In this document: one piece after another, positions 8,912 through 26,123 of the stretch
Layout of the letters: every line of letters starts with the position of its first letter
How positions within the stretch are numbered: position 1 is the first letter of the stretch
Sequence record: MT133560.1
Length of the DNA stretch: 64,000 nucleotides
Direction: 5' to 3' (one strand)
Made by a program: the position numbers and the translations under genes
Notes under the pieces: model-generated
What the model was told of the DNA's origin: nothing
The model's input: only the letters and a program-made list of their open reading frames with translations
Databases searched by the model: none

Positions 8912-9391
8912 ATGTCGTATAGCTTAGGTATTGTCACTCGCAATAAGTCGGCACTGATTGTCACCAATGATTACAAATATGATGAGTTCGTTCTACTAAA
9001 ACCGACCAGTGGTCTCAAGGTAGAAGGTCAGTTGGTGCAATTGGTCTGTATCTGTTTCGGTGACAAGGAAAAGCGTTCTCTGACTCACAAGATCATGACC
9101 AATGCTGAACAAGCAGATTACACCAAGGAAGACATCCTGGCTATGATGAAGGAACACGGTGTAGAACTGCGAGTGATCACTGATAAAGCAGTTCATGTAT
9201 TTCAGTACATTCGTGATGTGGCTATCCATGGTGTGGTTGATTCCAATAACACCACCTTCTGGTTCGGCGACACGGAACACCGAAAATTGTTTTATCCGTA
9301 TTGCGGTATTGAAGGTAAATCTTTTCATCATGCCCATCGTGATAAAGAATTGTGTCGGGTATTTGAGTTTGTCGCTGTAATCAATTGGTAA
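8912..9391 (+). CDS. hypothetical protein
   Basis: 159-aa ORF with AAGGA RBS. Confidence 0.8.
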   Translation: MSYSLGIVTRNKSALIVTNDYKYDEFVLLKPTSGLKVEGQLVQLVCICFGDKEKRSLTHKIMTNAEQADYTKEDILAMMKEHGVELRVITDKAVHVFQYIRDVAIHGVVDSNNTTFWFGDTEHRKLFYPYCGIEGKSFHHAHRDKELCRVFEFVAVINW

Positions 9392-9397
9392 CGATAT

Positions 9398-9428
9398 AAA
9401 TACCCTCCTTCGGGAGGGTATTTATTTT
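9398..9428 (+). terminator. intrinsic terminator
   Basis: aaataccctcc-TTCG-ggagggtattt. Confidence 0.85.
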
Positions 9429-9447
9429 GTGATTAGAGGAATAAAAA

Positions 9448-9591
9448 ATGGTAGGTTATCGTATTATTGCTTTTAATGGTACTCAGTGGGAATCTCCGAG
9501 TGGGTACACCATTCAGCAAGCGGTGAATGAGTTCCTAAAGAAATATGATTTACATGAATTAGATATTCGCAGTATTACCGCATTACACTAA
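9448..9591 (+). CDS. small hypothetical protein (47 aa, not in ORF track)
   Basis: manual translation MVGYRIIAFNGTQWESPSGY...ITALH; AGAGGA RBS. Confidence 0.65.
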   Translation: MVGYRIIAFNGTQWESPSGYTIQQAVNEFLKKYDLHELDIRSITALH

Positions 9592-9619
9592 ATCCAATTT
9601 TAAATAGGAATACGTATTA

Positions 9620-10012
9620 ATGAATTATAATGCAGAGAAATATGCCGCACTGCTAGTTTCAATTGCAGCAAACATTGACACTGTAAATAAACTCACCAAA
9701 GAAATTTTATCGTCTTCTGATAATAGGGATTTTCTCTATGATGTGCATCAAATGACTGACATGTCCCTCGCCAGTCTTCATACGCATCTAACTAAAGAAG
9801 TCGAAAAGTTGGTAGAAACAATGGATCTAGTTAAAGATGGTCTATATGTCCAGGATGTTGAACTCATTAAGGGTAAGGGAAACTGGCGACATATCGCGGA
9901 TAATGAACCTACCATCAACGCTATTAAAGCACTGCGTAAACACATTGGCGAAATCAGTGCATTAGAAGCTAGAACTGTTGTTAAAGGTTACAAGGCAGGT
10001 GTCTTAAAATAA
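9620..10012 (+). CDS. protein with C-terminal ribosomal L7/L12-CTD-like motif
   Basis: PTINAIKALRKHIGEISALEARTVV resembles bL12 [23 protein letters not shown]; judged by eye only. Confidence 0.55.
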   Translation: MNYNAEKYAALLVSIAANIDTVNKLTKEILSSSDNRDFLYDVHQMTDMSLASLHTHLTKEVEKLVETMDLVKDGLYVQDVELIKGKGNWRHIADNEPTINAIKALRKHIGEISALEARTVVKGYKAGVLK

Positions 10013-10074
10013 CATCGAATAGTATTAAGTCTATCTTCTAGGAGGTATACTTAATAAATCATGAGGAAAATATA

Positions 10075-10404
10075 ATGTCCAATATGAAAAAATCTAGTTT
10101 GAAAGAATTCTTCGAACATATCACTCAGGCTGATCCATTTAATCCTTATTCCTTCATCTACTCCAGACCTATACAATACATTGGTGAAGATAGCGAGTAC
10201 GCACTACATGTTACGTATGTGCATGGTGCAGCTTACATTGAAGGTCTTGTTGGCCATGAAGGAATCAGAATCAATGTATTCTACAATAAACTCCAAGGTA
10301 TTCAACTTTGGACATACTTTGATAACGAACCTCGTGTTGATTCATGGCCGTATTATCAAGTTGATGCAGCTTTAGAAGAAATCATCCGCCTAACTAAACT
10401 ATAA
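10075..10404 (+). CDS. hypothetical protein
   Basis: 109-aa ORF with GAGGA RBS. Confidence 0.75.
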   Translation: MSNMKKSSLKEFFEHITQADPFNPYSFIYSRPIQYIGEDSEYALHVTYVHGAAYIEGLVGHEGIRINVFYNKLQGIQLWTYFDNEPRVDSWPYYQVDAALEEIIRLTKL

Positions 10405-10424
10405 ACTCTATTTATAAAAAATAG

Positions 10425-10643
10425 GTGAAGAAAATGATCTATCTGGGATGGTTTACCATTATCTTTGTTACAATGAGTCTATGTCTGTTTTATGTATTTT
10501 GTCACCGTAGTATTCGTGAATCACACCCAGGTGTAATAGAAAAACAGACTACTCGAAAAATTGTTATTTGGGCTGGTATTCTATTGGCACTCGCTTACTT
10601 AAATGAAATCAGCCGAGTCTATATAGAACAGATGGTAACCTAA
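10425..10643 (+). CDS. small two-TM membrane protein
   Basis: two hydrophobic segments; GTG start after AGGT. Confidence 0.65.
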   Translation: MKKMIYLGWFTIIFVTMSLCLFYVFCHRSIRESHPGVIEKQTTRKIVIWAGILLALAYLNEISRVYIEQMVT

Positions 10644-10700
10644 ATATTCAATAACTCCGAAATAATCAAAACTATTTAATATATCAAAAGGAATATTTCA

Positions 10701-10988
10701 ATGTTCGAAACTCAAGTCGCTCTTACTGATGAACTCAAACAGACTTTTGATCAGATGACTCAAGAATTCATCCGTGAAAAAGGTTACATCACTTGTGAAT
10801 TCTCGATTCAACAAAAATACCTCGTGGCAGCGCACGACTACGTTTATGTGAAAAACCGCGAGCTGCCTTCGTATGGAATGTGGCGTATCTTCAAATGCGA
10901 GGCATGTATCAGCCATAATGTGGATCATCCTTATCATGTCGAAATCTTGGCACTGGCGGCCATCGATACGAAGGAACACAATATCTAA
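10701..10988 (+). CDS. hypothetical protein
   Basis: 95-aa ORF with AAGGA RBS. Confidence 0.75.
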   Translation: MFETQVALTDELKQTFDQMTQEFIREKGYITCEFSIQQKYLVAAHDYVYVKNRELPSYGMWRIFKCEACISHNVDHPYHVEILALAAIDTKEHNI

Positions 10989-11038
10989 CAACTGGAAGAT
11001 AATCATAATGTCCAACATACTAAATGTGAGCCCACCGT

Positions 11039-11344
11039 GTGGGAACAAGAGAAGTGATTAACATTAATCATGATCTACCTATCTGGATATTACTACTGTT
11101 AAGTACAGCTACATCATTCATCTACGCCTTTGTAAAAACCTTTCAACAAAGAAACATCTTTCATGGGTACAAAAAAGCTGCTTTCTTCACCTCATGGGGT
11201 ATCAGTACCCTTGAGTTGACCACCATTGGACTATTTGTAATAGTGGGTCTTCCTGCTATCATATCCAGCGGTCTAGGTGGTTCGATAGGCGTCGTGTTGG
11301 CAATGACGTTCCATGATAAGATTTTTCGTAAAACAACAGAATAG
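11039..11344 (+). CDS. small multi-TM membrane protein
   Basis: three hydrophobic helices including a GLGGSIG motif; start uncertain. Confidence 0.7.
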   Translation: MGTREVININHDLPIWILLLLSTATSFIYAFVKTFQQRNIFHGYKKAAFFTSWGISTLELTTIGLFVIVGLPAIISSGLGGSIGVVLAMTFHDKIFRKTTE

Positions 11345-11355
11345 GAAAAAACATA

Positions 11356-11694
11356 ATGTCTAGGAAACTTGGAAAGAAACATCCTCGCAATCATCACGAA
11401 GATGCAAAGAAATACGAAACTCGGCTACGTACCGAGAAAGCTGAGTTGGCTAACTGCCGGCTTGGTCAACTGTACTCGGTTCGAATCCTGAATGATAACT
11501 GCTTCTTGCGTAATCGATTCATGTGTCAGGAACAAGATATGTTCGATCCTCTTCGCTTGACCCGTGCTAAACGAGAACGTTATTTCAAAGGGGAGCGTTA
11601 CTGGCTAAATGCCAACGGCGCTAAGTTCATCCGTTCCGATTATGAAAAGAACTGGGCCAAAAACAAACGTAAGGAGATGGCCAATGAGCAGTAG
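11356..11694 (+). CDS. basic hypothetical protein
   Basis: 112-aa K/R-rich ORF with AGGA RBS. Confidence 0.75.
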   Translation: MSRKLGKKHPRNHHEDAKKYETRLRTEKAELANCRLGQLYSVRILNDNCFLRNRFMCQEQDMFDPLRLTRAKRERYFKGERYWLNANGAKFIRSDYEKNWAKNKRKEMANEQ

Positions 11695-11824
11695 TTATAA
11701 TCCACCGGTGGACACCGTTGATGTCCTCCATATCGACTGCGAGTATGAAAAGTTCTCGTTTGGCAAGTTGTTCCAACGAATGATCGATCATTTCGGTGTT
11801 CGAAACTCAAGGCGTTCTTACTGA
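11684..11824 (+). CDS. small hypothetical protein (46 aa)
   Basis: MSSSYNPPVD... start after AAGGAG; TGATG junction with the next gene. Confidence 0.6.
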   Translation: MSSSYNPPVDTVDVLHIDCEYEKFSFGKLFQRMIDHFGVRNSRRSY

Positions 11825-12081
11825 TGAACTCTAACAAGCTACGAGGGATACTGACTGACCTCGGTATACTCCCACCTCGCTTTGTTGAGAGCACCGATAT
11901 CCGTGTCGGCAACTTCCGATTTCAGCGCTGGAAAACCCAGGTCCTCAAACCTGCTGCTCCTGGTTATCGGAAGTGGATTGACGTGGGTAGGTTAGAATGG
12001 GTGGAGGTTAAATACCACCTCAACAAATTACTTAAAGAGAATAATCTCAATATCCAAGAAGAAAGTAATCGGTCTGGATAA
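11824..12081 (+). CDS. hypothetical protein
   Basis: 85-aa ORF, translationally coupled. Confidence 0.7.
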   Translation: MNSNKLRGILTDLGILPPRFVESTDIRVGNFRFQRWKTQVLKPAAPGYRKWIDVGRLEWVEVKYHLNKLLKENNLNIQEESNRSG

Positions 12082-12227
12082 CCTCCGGAAGCTCCTGTCA
12101 GATCAACTCAACCCGCCACGTCAGTTAACAGACGCTGTACGCGAGAAAAATCTTCACAGCAAGTAACGATATAAGGCCCCTCCCTTCGGGTAGGGATTGT
12201 CTATTCATTTCTTAACAGGAAATTCTA

Positions 12228-12563
12228 ATGGAAGACTTCAAAGAAATCGAGATTTACAGTATGACGTTCATCGACCATTCGGAAAATGCTTCTCGTGTAG
12301 TGATTGCACAGATCACTACTTTGGATGATCGTACTGTTTACGGGGTAATGGAGGTCAATGGTTTCGGCGGTCAGGCCACTACTAATCTGCGTCGATTCGA
12401 ACAGAACCGTCAACACGCTCGTTACTTCTTCACCAAGTCGGTAGCCACTGCTCACGCCGAGGCTTACGTCAAGTACCTGAATGACGACATGGTCGAACAA
12501 GACTACCTCGACATGAATACTGGCTATAACTACGCCGAATTCATGAACATGGTAAATATCTGA
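12228..12563 (+). CDS. hypothetical protein
   Basis: 111-aa ORF with AGGA RBS. Confidence 0.75.
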   Translation: MEDFKEIEIYSMTFIDHSENASRVVIAQITTLDDRTVYGVMEVNGFGGQATTNLRRFEQNRQHARYFFTKSVATAHAEAYVKYLNDDMVEQDYLDMNTGYNYAEFMNMVNI

Positions 12564-12640
12564 GGTCATCATGGACAAGATGCATTCAATCTTCGAGTTC
12601 AGTAACAAGACCATTTGTAGCTGTTAAAGGAAATTAACTC

Positions 12641-12856
12641 ATGTCAATGAAAATGTATAATGGTCCTTATGGTAATTATAAGGCTGGTACTTATGGAGCC
12701 GTATTAAATGCATTGGCCGAACAAGAAGGTCGACCACTGACGTGGATCGACCAACATGTACTTGGTCAGGGTAAGCTGTTGAAGCGGAGTGATGAATCTA
12801 TCATTGTGGCCACCTGGGAATGGCATGATAATGAAATCGTTTTCAATTTTTCCTAA
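12641..12856 (+). CDS. hypothetical protein
   Basis: 71-aa ORF with AAGGA RBS. Confidence 0.7.
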   Translation: MSMKMYNGPYGNYKAGTYGAVLNALAEQEGRPLTWIDQHVLGQGKLLKRSDESIIVATWEWHDNEIVFNFS

Positions 12857-13139
12857 ACTCAGTAAAGAAGGTCGAGACGGCATAAAAGGAATTCCCACTG
12901 GCCGCTAAACCAGTGGGGTTCCAAACAGCGCATTCGCGACTACACTGTCAGTAGGTATCATCCAAGAGAACTGCGGATTAGCTACTTACCTATCATGGGT
13001 ATTTTCGCTAGCAGTATTATAACAACACCGTACGTTCTGAAAAGATTAGCCCTCCTGTCGCACCAGGAGGGCTATATGTCGTCAAGTTTAAGCTTGACAT
13101 TTTTGCCCAAAATGGGCTTTCTTGCAGAGGAGACTTCGA

Positions 13140-13406
13140 ATGAAAGTCTTTGAAACAAGTTCCAGACCTGATCCAATTTATGGATACATGTCTGGTTTAG
13201 AAGTAACAGCATTCAATGGTAAGCCACTAGTCTACGGACGAAATGAGCTAATCAAAATTGCTGTATATGATAATAAAACTTTCCTAGGTTACATTGGCGA
13301 TGGTCAGCTTGTAAACAAGATTTCCGATGCTAAATGGATTGACGGATCGTCTAACTATCATATTAATTCTAACTCCAGTAATCTTTTGTTCGCTAGAGTT
13401 GCTTAA
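13140..13406 (+). CDS. hypothetical protein
   Basis: GAGGAG RBS before ATG 13140. Confidence 0.7.
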   Translation: MKVFETSSRPDPIYGYMSGLEVTAFNGKPLVYGRNELIKIAVYDNKTFLGYIGDGQLVNKISDAKWIDGSSNYHINSNSSNLLFARVA

Positions 13407-13413
13407 CTTCAAA

Positions 13414-13458
13414 TACCCTCTTCATTGCGAAGAGGGTAACGTATTATTATTTTTTTTT
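13414..13458. terminator. bidirectional terminator between convergent genes
   Basis: taccctcttc-attgc-gaagagggta plus a T-rich tract. Confidence 0.75.
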
Positions 13459-13460
13459 GT

Positions 13461-15623
13461 TTAATACCAACTATTTCTAGAATATCTGTTAATACGCACT
13501 CTACGTGTACGCTCTGCACGAGCTTGATTTAACATGGCATCAATACCTACACCACTGCTATCATCAATATTAACACGTTTAGACAATTGTTTCAAACGCA
13601 TTTCTAATTTAGCTGCAATCATCGGGTTCTTTTCACCGCGAAGCTGCTCAATTATCTCTTCAAATTCTTTGCGACCTTGCTGTTCTTTCTCTTCATGATA
13701 TTTTTCAAGTTGACTTGGTTCTTTATCACGTAATTTTGATTTACCTAAGATGGGAACATTGATACCATAATAAGATAAATTCTTACCTTGTATTAATAAC
13801 CAGTGGGCTAATAATAATGATACCACTAAGTCGTCATGGTTCCCCTTAGCATGGTCAATTCTACCATTACGGATAGTAAGTGCTAATAACTCCGTGCTAA
13901 GTGGTTTATCATAGATGGTCCTTACCCCATAATGCATTGCTGATGGTAATGCCACCTTAAATAGATTATCACGAGAATACTCACCAGTACCTGACGTTGC
14001 ATAACCAAAATAACGTTTAAACCTATCATAGAACGATGGTTGTCTTGCTGATAGCGGAGTCTGAATGTCTCTGAAATCATTTTCTCTTTCTGATGATTCA
14101 TTGACAATTCTGTTAAAGATACGCCGGAATGGATCTACTCCTTTAGTATGTAGAATCAAGATAACATGGTCAATTAACGATATACCTATTGATTTACGTT
14201 CTGGTATCCAAAGAATATTAGGATATCTCAATAGCATTGTTGCAAAGAAATTACCCATTGATGGCACTGATGATTCATTGTATCTACCAACACACATAAC
14301 CTCATGTGTTTCTACGTCAACTACAACTGTGCCGGTGGCGTCATTATCTTCACCAAGAAGTTCAGATGGGTCGGTACCCATAACGAACCTACCTTTCATC
14401 ATCCGTGAGGCTACTTCTTCTTTTGGTATATACCAACGAAGTGTGTAACCATCATCCGTGATTTCTGTCCAGCTTGGCTCACGCATATTGTTTTTAAGTT
14501 TATCTTTCTCATCTGATGATAAGGGTGAACCTTCACCACCAACTGTCCAAATATTGAAGAAGTCCCTATCGGCAATTTCACCGAATGAACCTGATTCACG
14601 AAGTGTGTTATATAACCACTCATCGGTACGTCCTAATTGACGGTGGTTAAATGCACCATAAACTAGAGGTTTCTTTCCAGTAGTGCCTTTTTCTACAACA
14701 CGATGTAGAGTTTTCTGATCTGGTAGATCAAAGAATTCCTCTGACCATGGGCAGCCACCTGTTAAGAAGTGATATGCAAATTCACCATCACGGGTAGTGA
14801 TGTTACCAGCTGTAGTTGTATAGATGTTACCATAAGGCTGGTTCTCACGGCGAGCTTCATCACGAGCTGCTGAACCTGACGCAAGTGCAACAGGTAGTGA
14901 AACACCAATTAAATTAATATATGCAAGTTCGTCAAAGTGCATATTTGGTACTGTAAGACCACGACCTAATTTATCAGCTGCGTTAACATCATTTCGACCA
15001 ACAGCTGTTAGATACCTATTACCTAATCTAATACATGTCATCAATTCGGAGTTATCCGCATCTAATGGATCAGTATAGTGGATATACTCTGGTAACAAAT
15101 CACGCATTACTTTTAGACGCTCGATGTTAGCATTGCGTAGTTTGTTATCTTTAGTAATAAGGTTAATCTTAGTGTTCTCACCCCAGATATACATCATGCC
15201 TGTATTGAGCACGTCAGTTGATACGGACTTACCTGTCTGACGAGGCTGTAATAAACCAAAATCTACGTGATTGAAATAACACCAGAATAAAGCAATATTA
15301 CCACGGTTAGCTTGGAATGGAATTGGGTTATTACCCGAGTTAGGGGGGATTCTTGCCACTTCCCTAAAAAAATACCAAGGATTATATTTGCATTCCATGT
15401 TAATACGGAACTTCATTTCTTCGCTAAGATTAGGGTCATATGGATCCACCCCAATTAAACCTTGGTCCAATATAGCTAGTATAAATTTGTAATTTTTAAT
15501 ACCCATCTTTTTATAAGTCAAGGCTAACTTTATAAAAGATTTATTTTTAGTAGTAAGATCAACACTAGCGCTGTAGTATTTATCCCAATCACTATTGAAA
15601 AGTATAACGTCACGTCCATACAC
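13461..15623 (-). CDS. terL: terminase large subunit (gp25-like)
   Basis: Walker A PRQTGKS, Walker B MHFDE, C-terminal nuclease with GTDPS and NHDDLV. Confidence 0.95.
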   Translation of the reverse strand: MYGRDVILFNSDWDKYYSASVDLTTKNKSFIKLALTYKKMGIKNYKFILAILDQGLIGVDPYDPNLSEEMKFRINMECKYNPWYFFREVARIPPNSGNNPIPFQANRGNIALFWCYFNHVDFGLLQPRQTGKSVSTDVLNTGMMYIWGENTKINLITKDNKLRNANIERLKVMRDLLPEYIHYTDPLDADNSELMTCIRLGNRYLTAVGRNDVNAADKLGRGLTVPNMHFDELAYINLIGVSLPVALASGSAARDEARRENQPYGNIYTTTAGNITTRDGEFAYHFLTGGCPWSEEFFDLPDQKTLHRVVEKGTTGKKPLVYGAFNHRQLGRTDEWLYNTLRESGSFGEIADRDFFNIWTVGGEGSPLSSDEKDKLKNNMREPSWTEITDDGYTLRWYIPKEEVASRMMKGRFVMGTDPSELLGEDNDATGTVVVDVETHEVMCVGRYNESSVPSMGNFFATMLLRYPNILWIPERKSIGISLIDHVILILHTKGVDPFRRIFNRIVNESSERENDFRDIQTPLSARQPSFYDRFKRYFGYATSGTGEYSRDNLFKVALPSAMHYGVRTIYDKPLSTELLALTIRNGRIDHAKGNHDDLVVSLLLAHWLLIQGKNLSYYGINVPILGKSKLRDKEPSQLEKYHEEKEQQGRKEFEEIIEQLRGEKNPMIAAKLEMRLKQLSKRVNIDDSSGVGIDAMLNQARAERTRRVRINRYSRNSWY

Positions 15624-15720
15624 TGCCCTTTAAGGTACTTATTTTAATGTGCCATAATAAAGCCGTATTGAACGGCAATTGTAAAGTATAGTCTCATATG
15701 GATAATGTGTTAAAAGACGT

Positions 15721-15757
15721 TATAAAGCCCCCTAGGTGGTTCCTAGGGGGCTTTATA
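15721..15757. terminator. terminator hairpin
   Basis: perfect 16-bp stem tataaagccccctagg/cctagggggctttata. Confidence 0.8.
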
Positions 15758-15758
15758 T

Positions 15759-21089
<5,331 letters not shown>

Positions 21090-21166
21090 TACCGCTACTC
21101 CTTAAATGGATAGTAAAAAATAACTAGTATGGTCAACTATGATTAATATCTATGATTGACTGTTAG

Positions 21167-23305
<2,139 letters not shown>

Positions 23306-23333
23306 GTGAGTGGCTTTCAGAATGAGGAAAAGT

Positions 23334-24217
<884 letters not shown>

Positions 24218-24218
<1 letters not shown>

Positions 24219-24400
24219 TGGCAAAAGTATATCCGATGGTCCCACCTGGGAAGACTCGCAACCAAGATCAGAACTTTGATATCAATGCATTCTTTTCTCC
24301 CGATGTAGTTGCGGCTGGCAATGGTCTGGTTAGTCAACTTCGGCGAAATGCTCAAACTGAAAAGAATGAGCAGACTGTCGGTACTAACCAAAAAAGCTAA
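24218..24400 (+). CDS. small hypothetical protein coupled to the tube gene
   Basis: TAATG overlap, followed by a terminator. Confidence 0.65.
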
Positions 24401-24408
24401 AGCATATC

Positions 24409-24434
24409 GCCTCCCTTCGGGGAGGCTTTATGTT
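24409..24434 (+). terminator. intrinsic terminator
   Basis: gcctccc-TTCG-gggaggc followed by ttt. Confidence 0.8.
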
Positions 24435-24449
24435 GTTAAAAACTATGCT

Positions 24450-24477
24450 AAAAAATAATTAAGATATATATTACATG
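24450..24477 (+). promoter_or_regulatory. phage promoter (TATATTAC at 24467-24474)
   Basis: aaaaataattaaga context plus core motif. Confidence 0.7.
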
Positions 24478-24527
24478 TTTGCTTATTCAATAAGTAAAAC
24501 TAGATTGTAAATTTTAGAGAGGTTAAA

Positions 24528-25724
24528 ATGAAAATTAATGAACTTACAAATACTGATTTATTATTAGAAAACCACACTATTAATAAAATTGATTGTTTAC
24601 TAGGATTACTTTATAAACATAACTTCGATAAAGAATTTACATCTAAAATTAATTTTGGTATTCTAACGCAAATGACATATCAGAAGGATGATGTCAGTTT
24701 CGTAGTGAAGCCTAGCTTTGAACAAGGTTTTATTAATATCACTTTTAGTAATGATACATCATGGAATGTTAATTTTGCACTCATCGATGGTAAACCTAAA
24801 TACATTGGTTATACTGATCAAGAAGTGACAATTGAAGAGCCGCATAGCAGGGAATATTACACTCTAACAAGTGAGAGTATTCGGCAATTAACAATTCAAG
24901 TATTAATTAATACATGGTATCAAGTAAATAATATTCCAAGCGAAGTATACGAATATCAACATCACTGGAAACTGGATAAAAATATTCTTAACGATGATGA
25001 TATTATTCGATACTATTATCGTTTCATTTTAGCTACCTATTGGGGAATGCCAACACCTGATAGACAAGCTACATTTGAAAAGTGGTTAGAAAATGACATT
25101 GCAAATGGGGAAGGTGATGACACAACTAATAGTCATTTAAAATGGCTATTCAAACAGGATCATTCTAATATTACTGAAACAACTAATGTTAGAGATGAAA
25201 TTAATGCATGTAGCATCCACCACATTTATCCGTCAGGCAATATTACGTGTGTTTTAACTGATAATAAGAAACCCACACGTTGGCGAGAATATGTAATGCA
25301 TGCCTTCTATAAAACCATTGGGTATACTTGGGTTAATCCAATTGAACTATATTGGCATAAAGGTACTTCTGTGGAGTATGTTAGTTTAGAAACGGTTAAT
25401 ACCAACCTTTTACTAGCTGCAAATATTTTCACTGTATACAGTAATTGGAATATTACGGAAAATAGCCATACTTCAGATAACTCTGTATCTATCCCAGCTA
25501 TTAACCTATTTTGCATCAATAGTGAAAATAGTCAATATGCAGTATCCTTTAAGAATAAAAATAATAACTCTTATGAATTATTTGATTCATTATCCTTAAG
25601 TGGAAATCAAATAATTTCATACACTGAAACCGCTATTGAGAAATCTAATTGTTCTGGTCCATTGAAATTTGTAAGTGATCACGTTATCAAGTTTATTTGT
25701 AAGGAACTAACAACGTGTCGATGA
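24528..25724 (+). CDS. AT-rich hypothetical protein
   Basis: 398-aa ORF with GAGG RBS. Confidence 0.8.
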   Translation: MKINELTNTDLLLENHTINKIDCLLGLLYKHNFDKEFTSKINFGILTQMTYQKDDVSFVVKPSFEQGFINITFSNDTSWNVNFALIDGKPKYIGYTDQEVTIEEPHSREYYTLTSESIRQLTIQVLINTWYQVNNIPSEVYEYQHHWKLDKNILNDDDIIRYYYRFILATYWGMPTPDRQATFEKWLENDIANGEGDDTTNSHLKWLFKQDHSNITETTNVRDEINACSIHHIYPSGNITCVLTDNKKPTRWREYVMHAFYKTIGYTWVNPIELYWHKGTSVEYVSLETVNTNLLLAANIFTVYSNWNITENSHTSDNSVSIPAINLFCINSENSQYAVSFKNKNNNSYELFDSLSLSGNQIISYTETAIEKSNCSGPLKFVSDHVIKFICKELTTCR

Positions 25725-26077
25725 AGAATGAAATTGATAGTTTAACTAAAATTATTAATGATTTATTAAAAGAGCACTTTACTAATCGTAAAGAATTTAT
25801 TACGAAGATTGGTAATAAACGTATAGTCGTTCCGGGTGCTCTAGTTTTCTTCAAAAAGTTACGTGGAGAAATTACGGCTAAGGTTTATGCAAAGCGTAAA
25901 GTAGATGGTGGCTATCATGAGCCAGCTATTAGCACTGTATGTGTTAGTAATACAAATGTATCATGGGGTGGATTCAGTGGCACCCCACGTAAGGAAATTA
26001 AAGATAGTTTAACTATTTTTACTTATGTGGCTATTTACGATGCTCTGAAAAATTTATGTAATGATCAATCTAGCTGA
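25715..26077 (+). CDS. hypothetical protein
   Basis: 120-aa ORF with AAGGA RBS. Confidence 0.65.
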   Translation: MSMKNEIDSLTKIINDLLKEHFTNRKEFITKIGNKRIVVPGALVFFKKLRGEITAKVYAKRKVDGGYHEPAISTVCVSNTNVSWGGFSGTPRKEIKDSLTIFTYVAIYDALKNLCNDQSS

Positions 26078-26095
26078 TGTTACTTAACAGCATAA

Positions 26096-26116
26096 GCCCT
26101 CCCATTACGGGAGGGC
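26096..26116. terminator. bidirectional terminator
   Basis: gccctccc/gggagggc hairpin between convergent genes. Confidence 0.75.
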
Positions 26117-26123
26117 ATTATGT

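Noticed and set aside
13090-13125. Host sigma70 promoter (TTGACA)
   Set aside because: No acceptable -10 box at 16-18 bp spacing
24389-24397. AAAAAAG slippery heptamer at the end of the small gene after the tail tube (tail-chaperone frameshift idea)
   Set aside because: The codon phase is CAA AAA AGC, not A AAA AAG, and a terminator follows immediately
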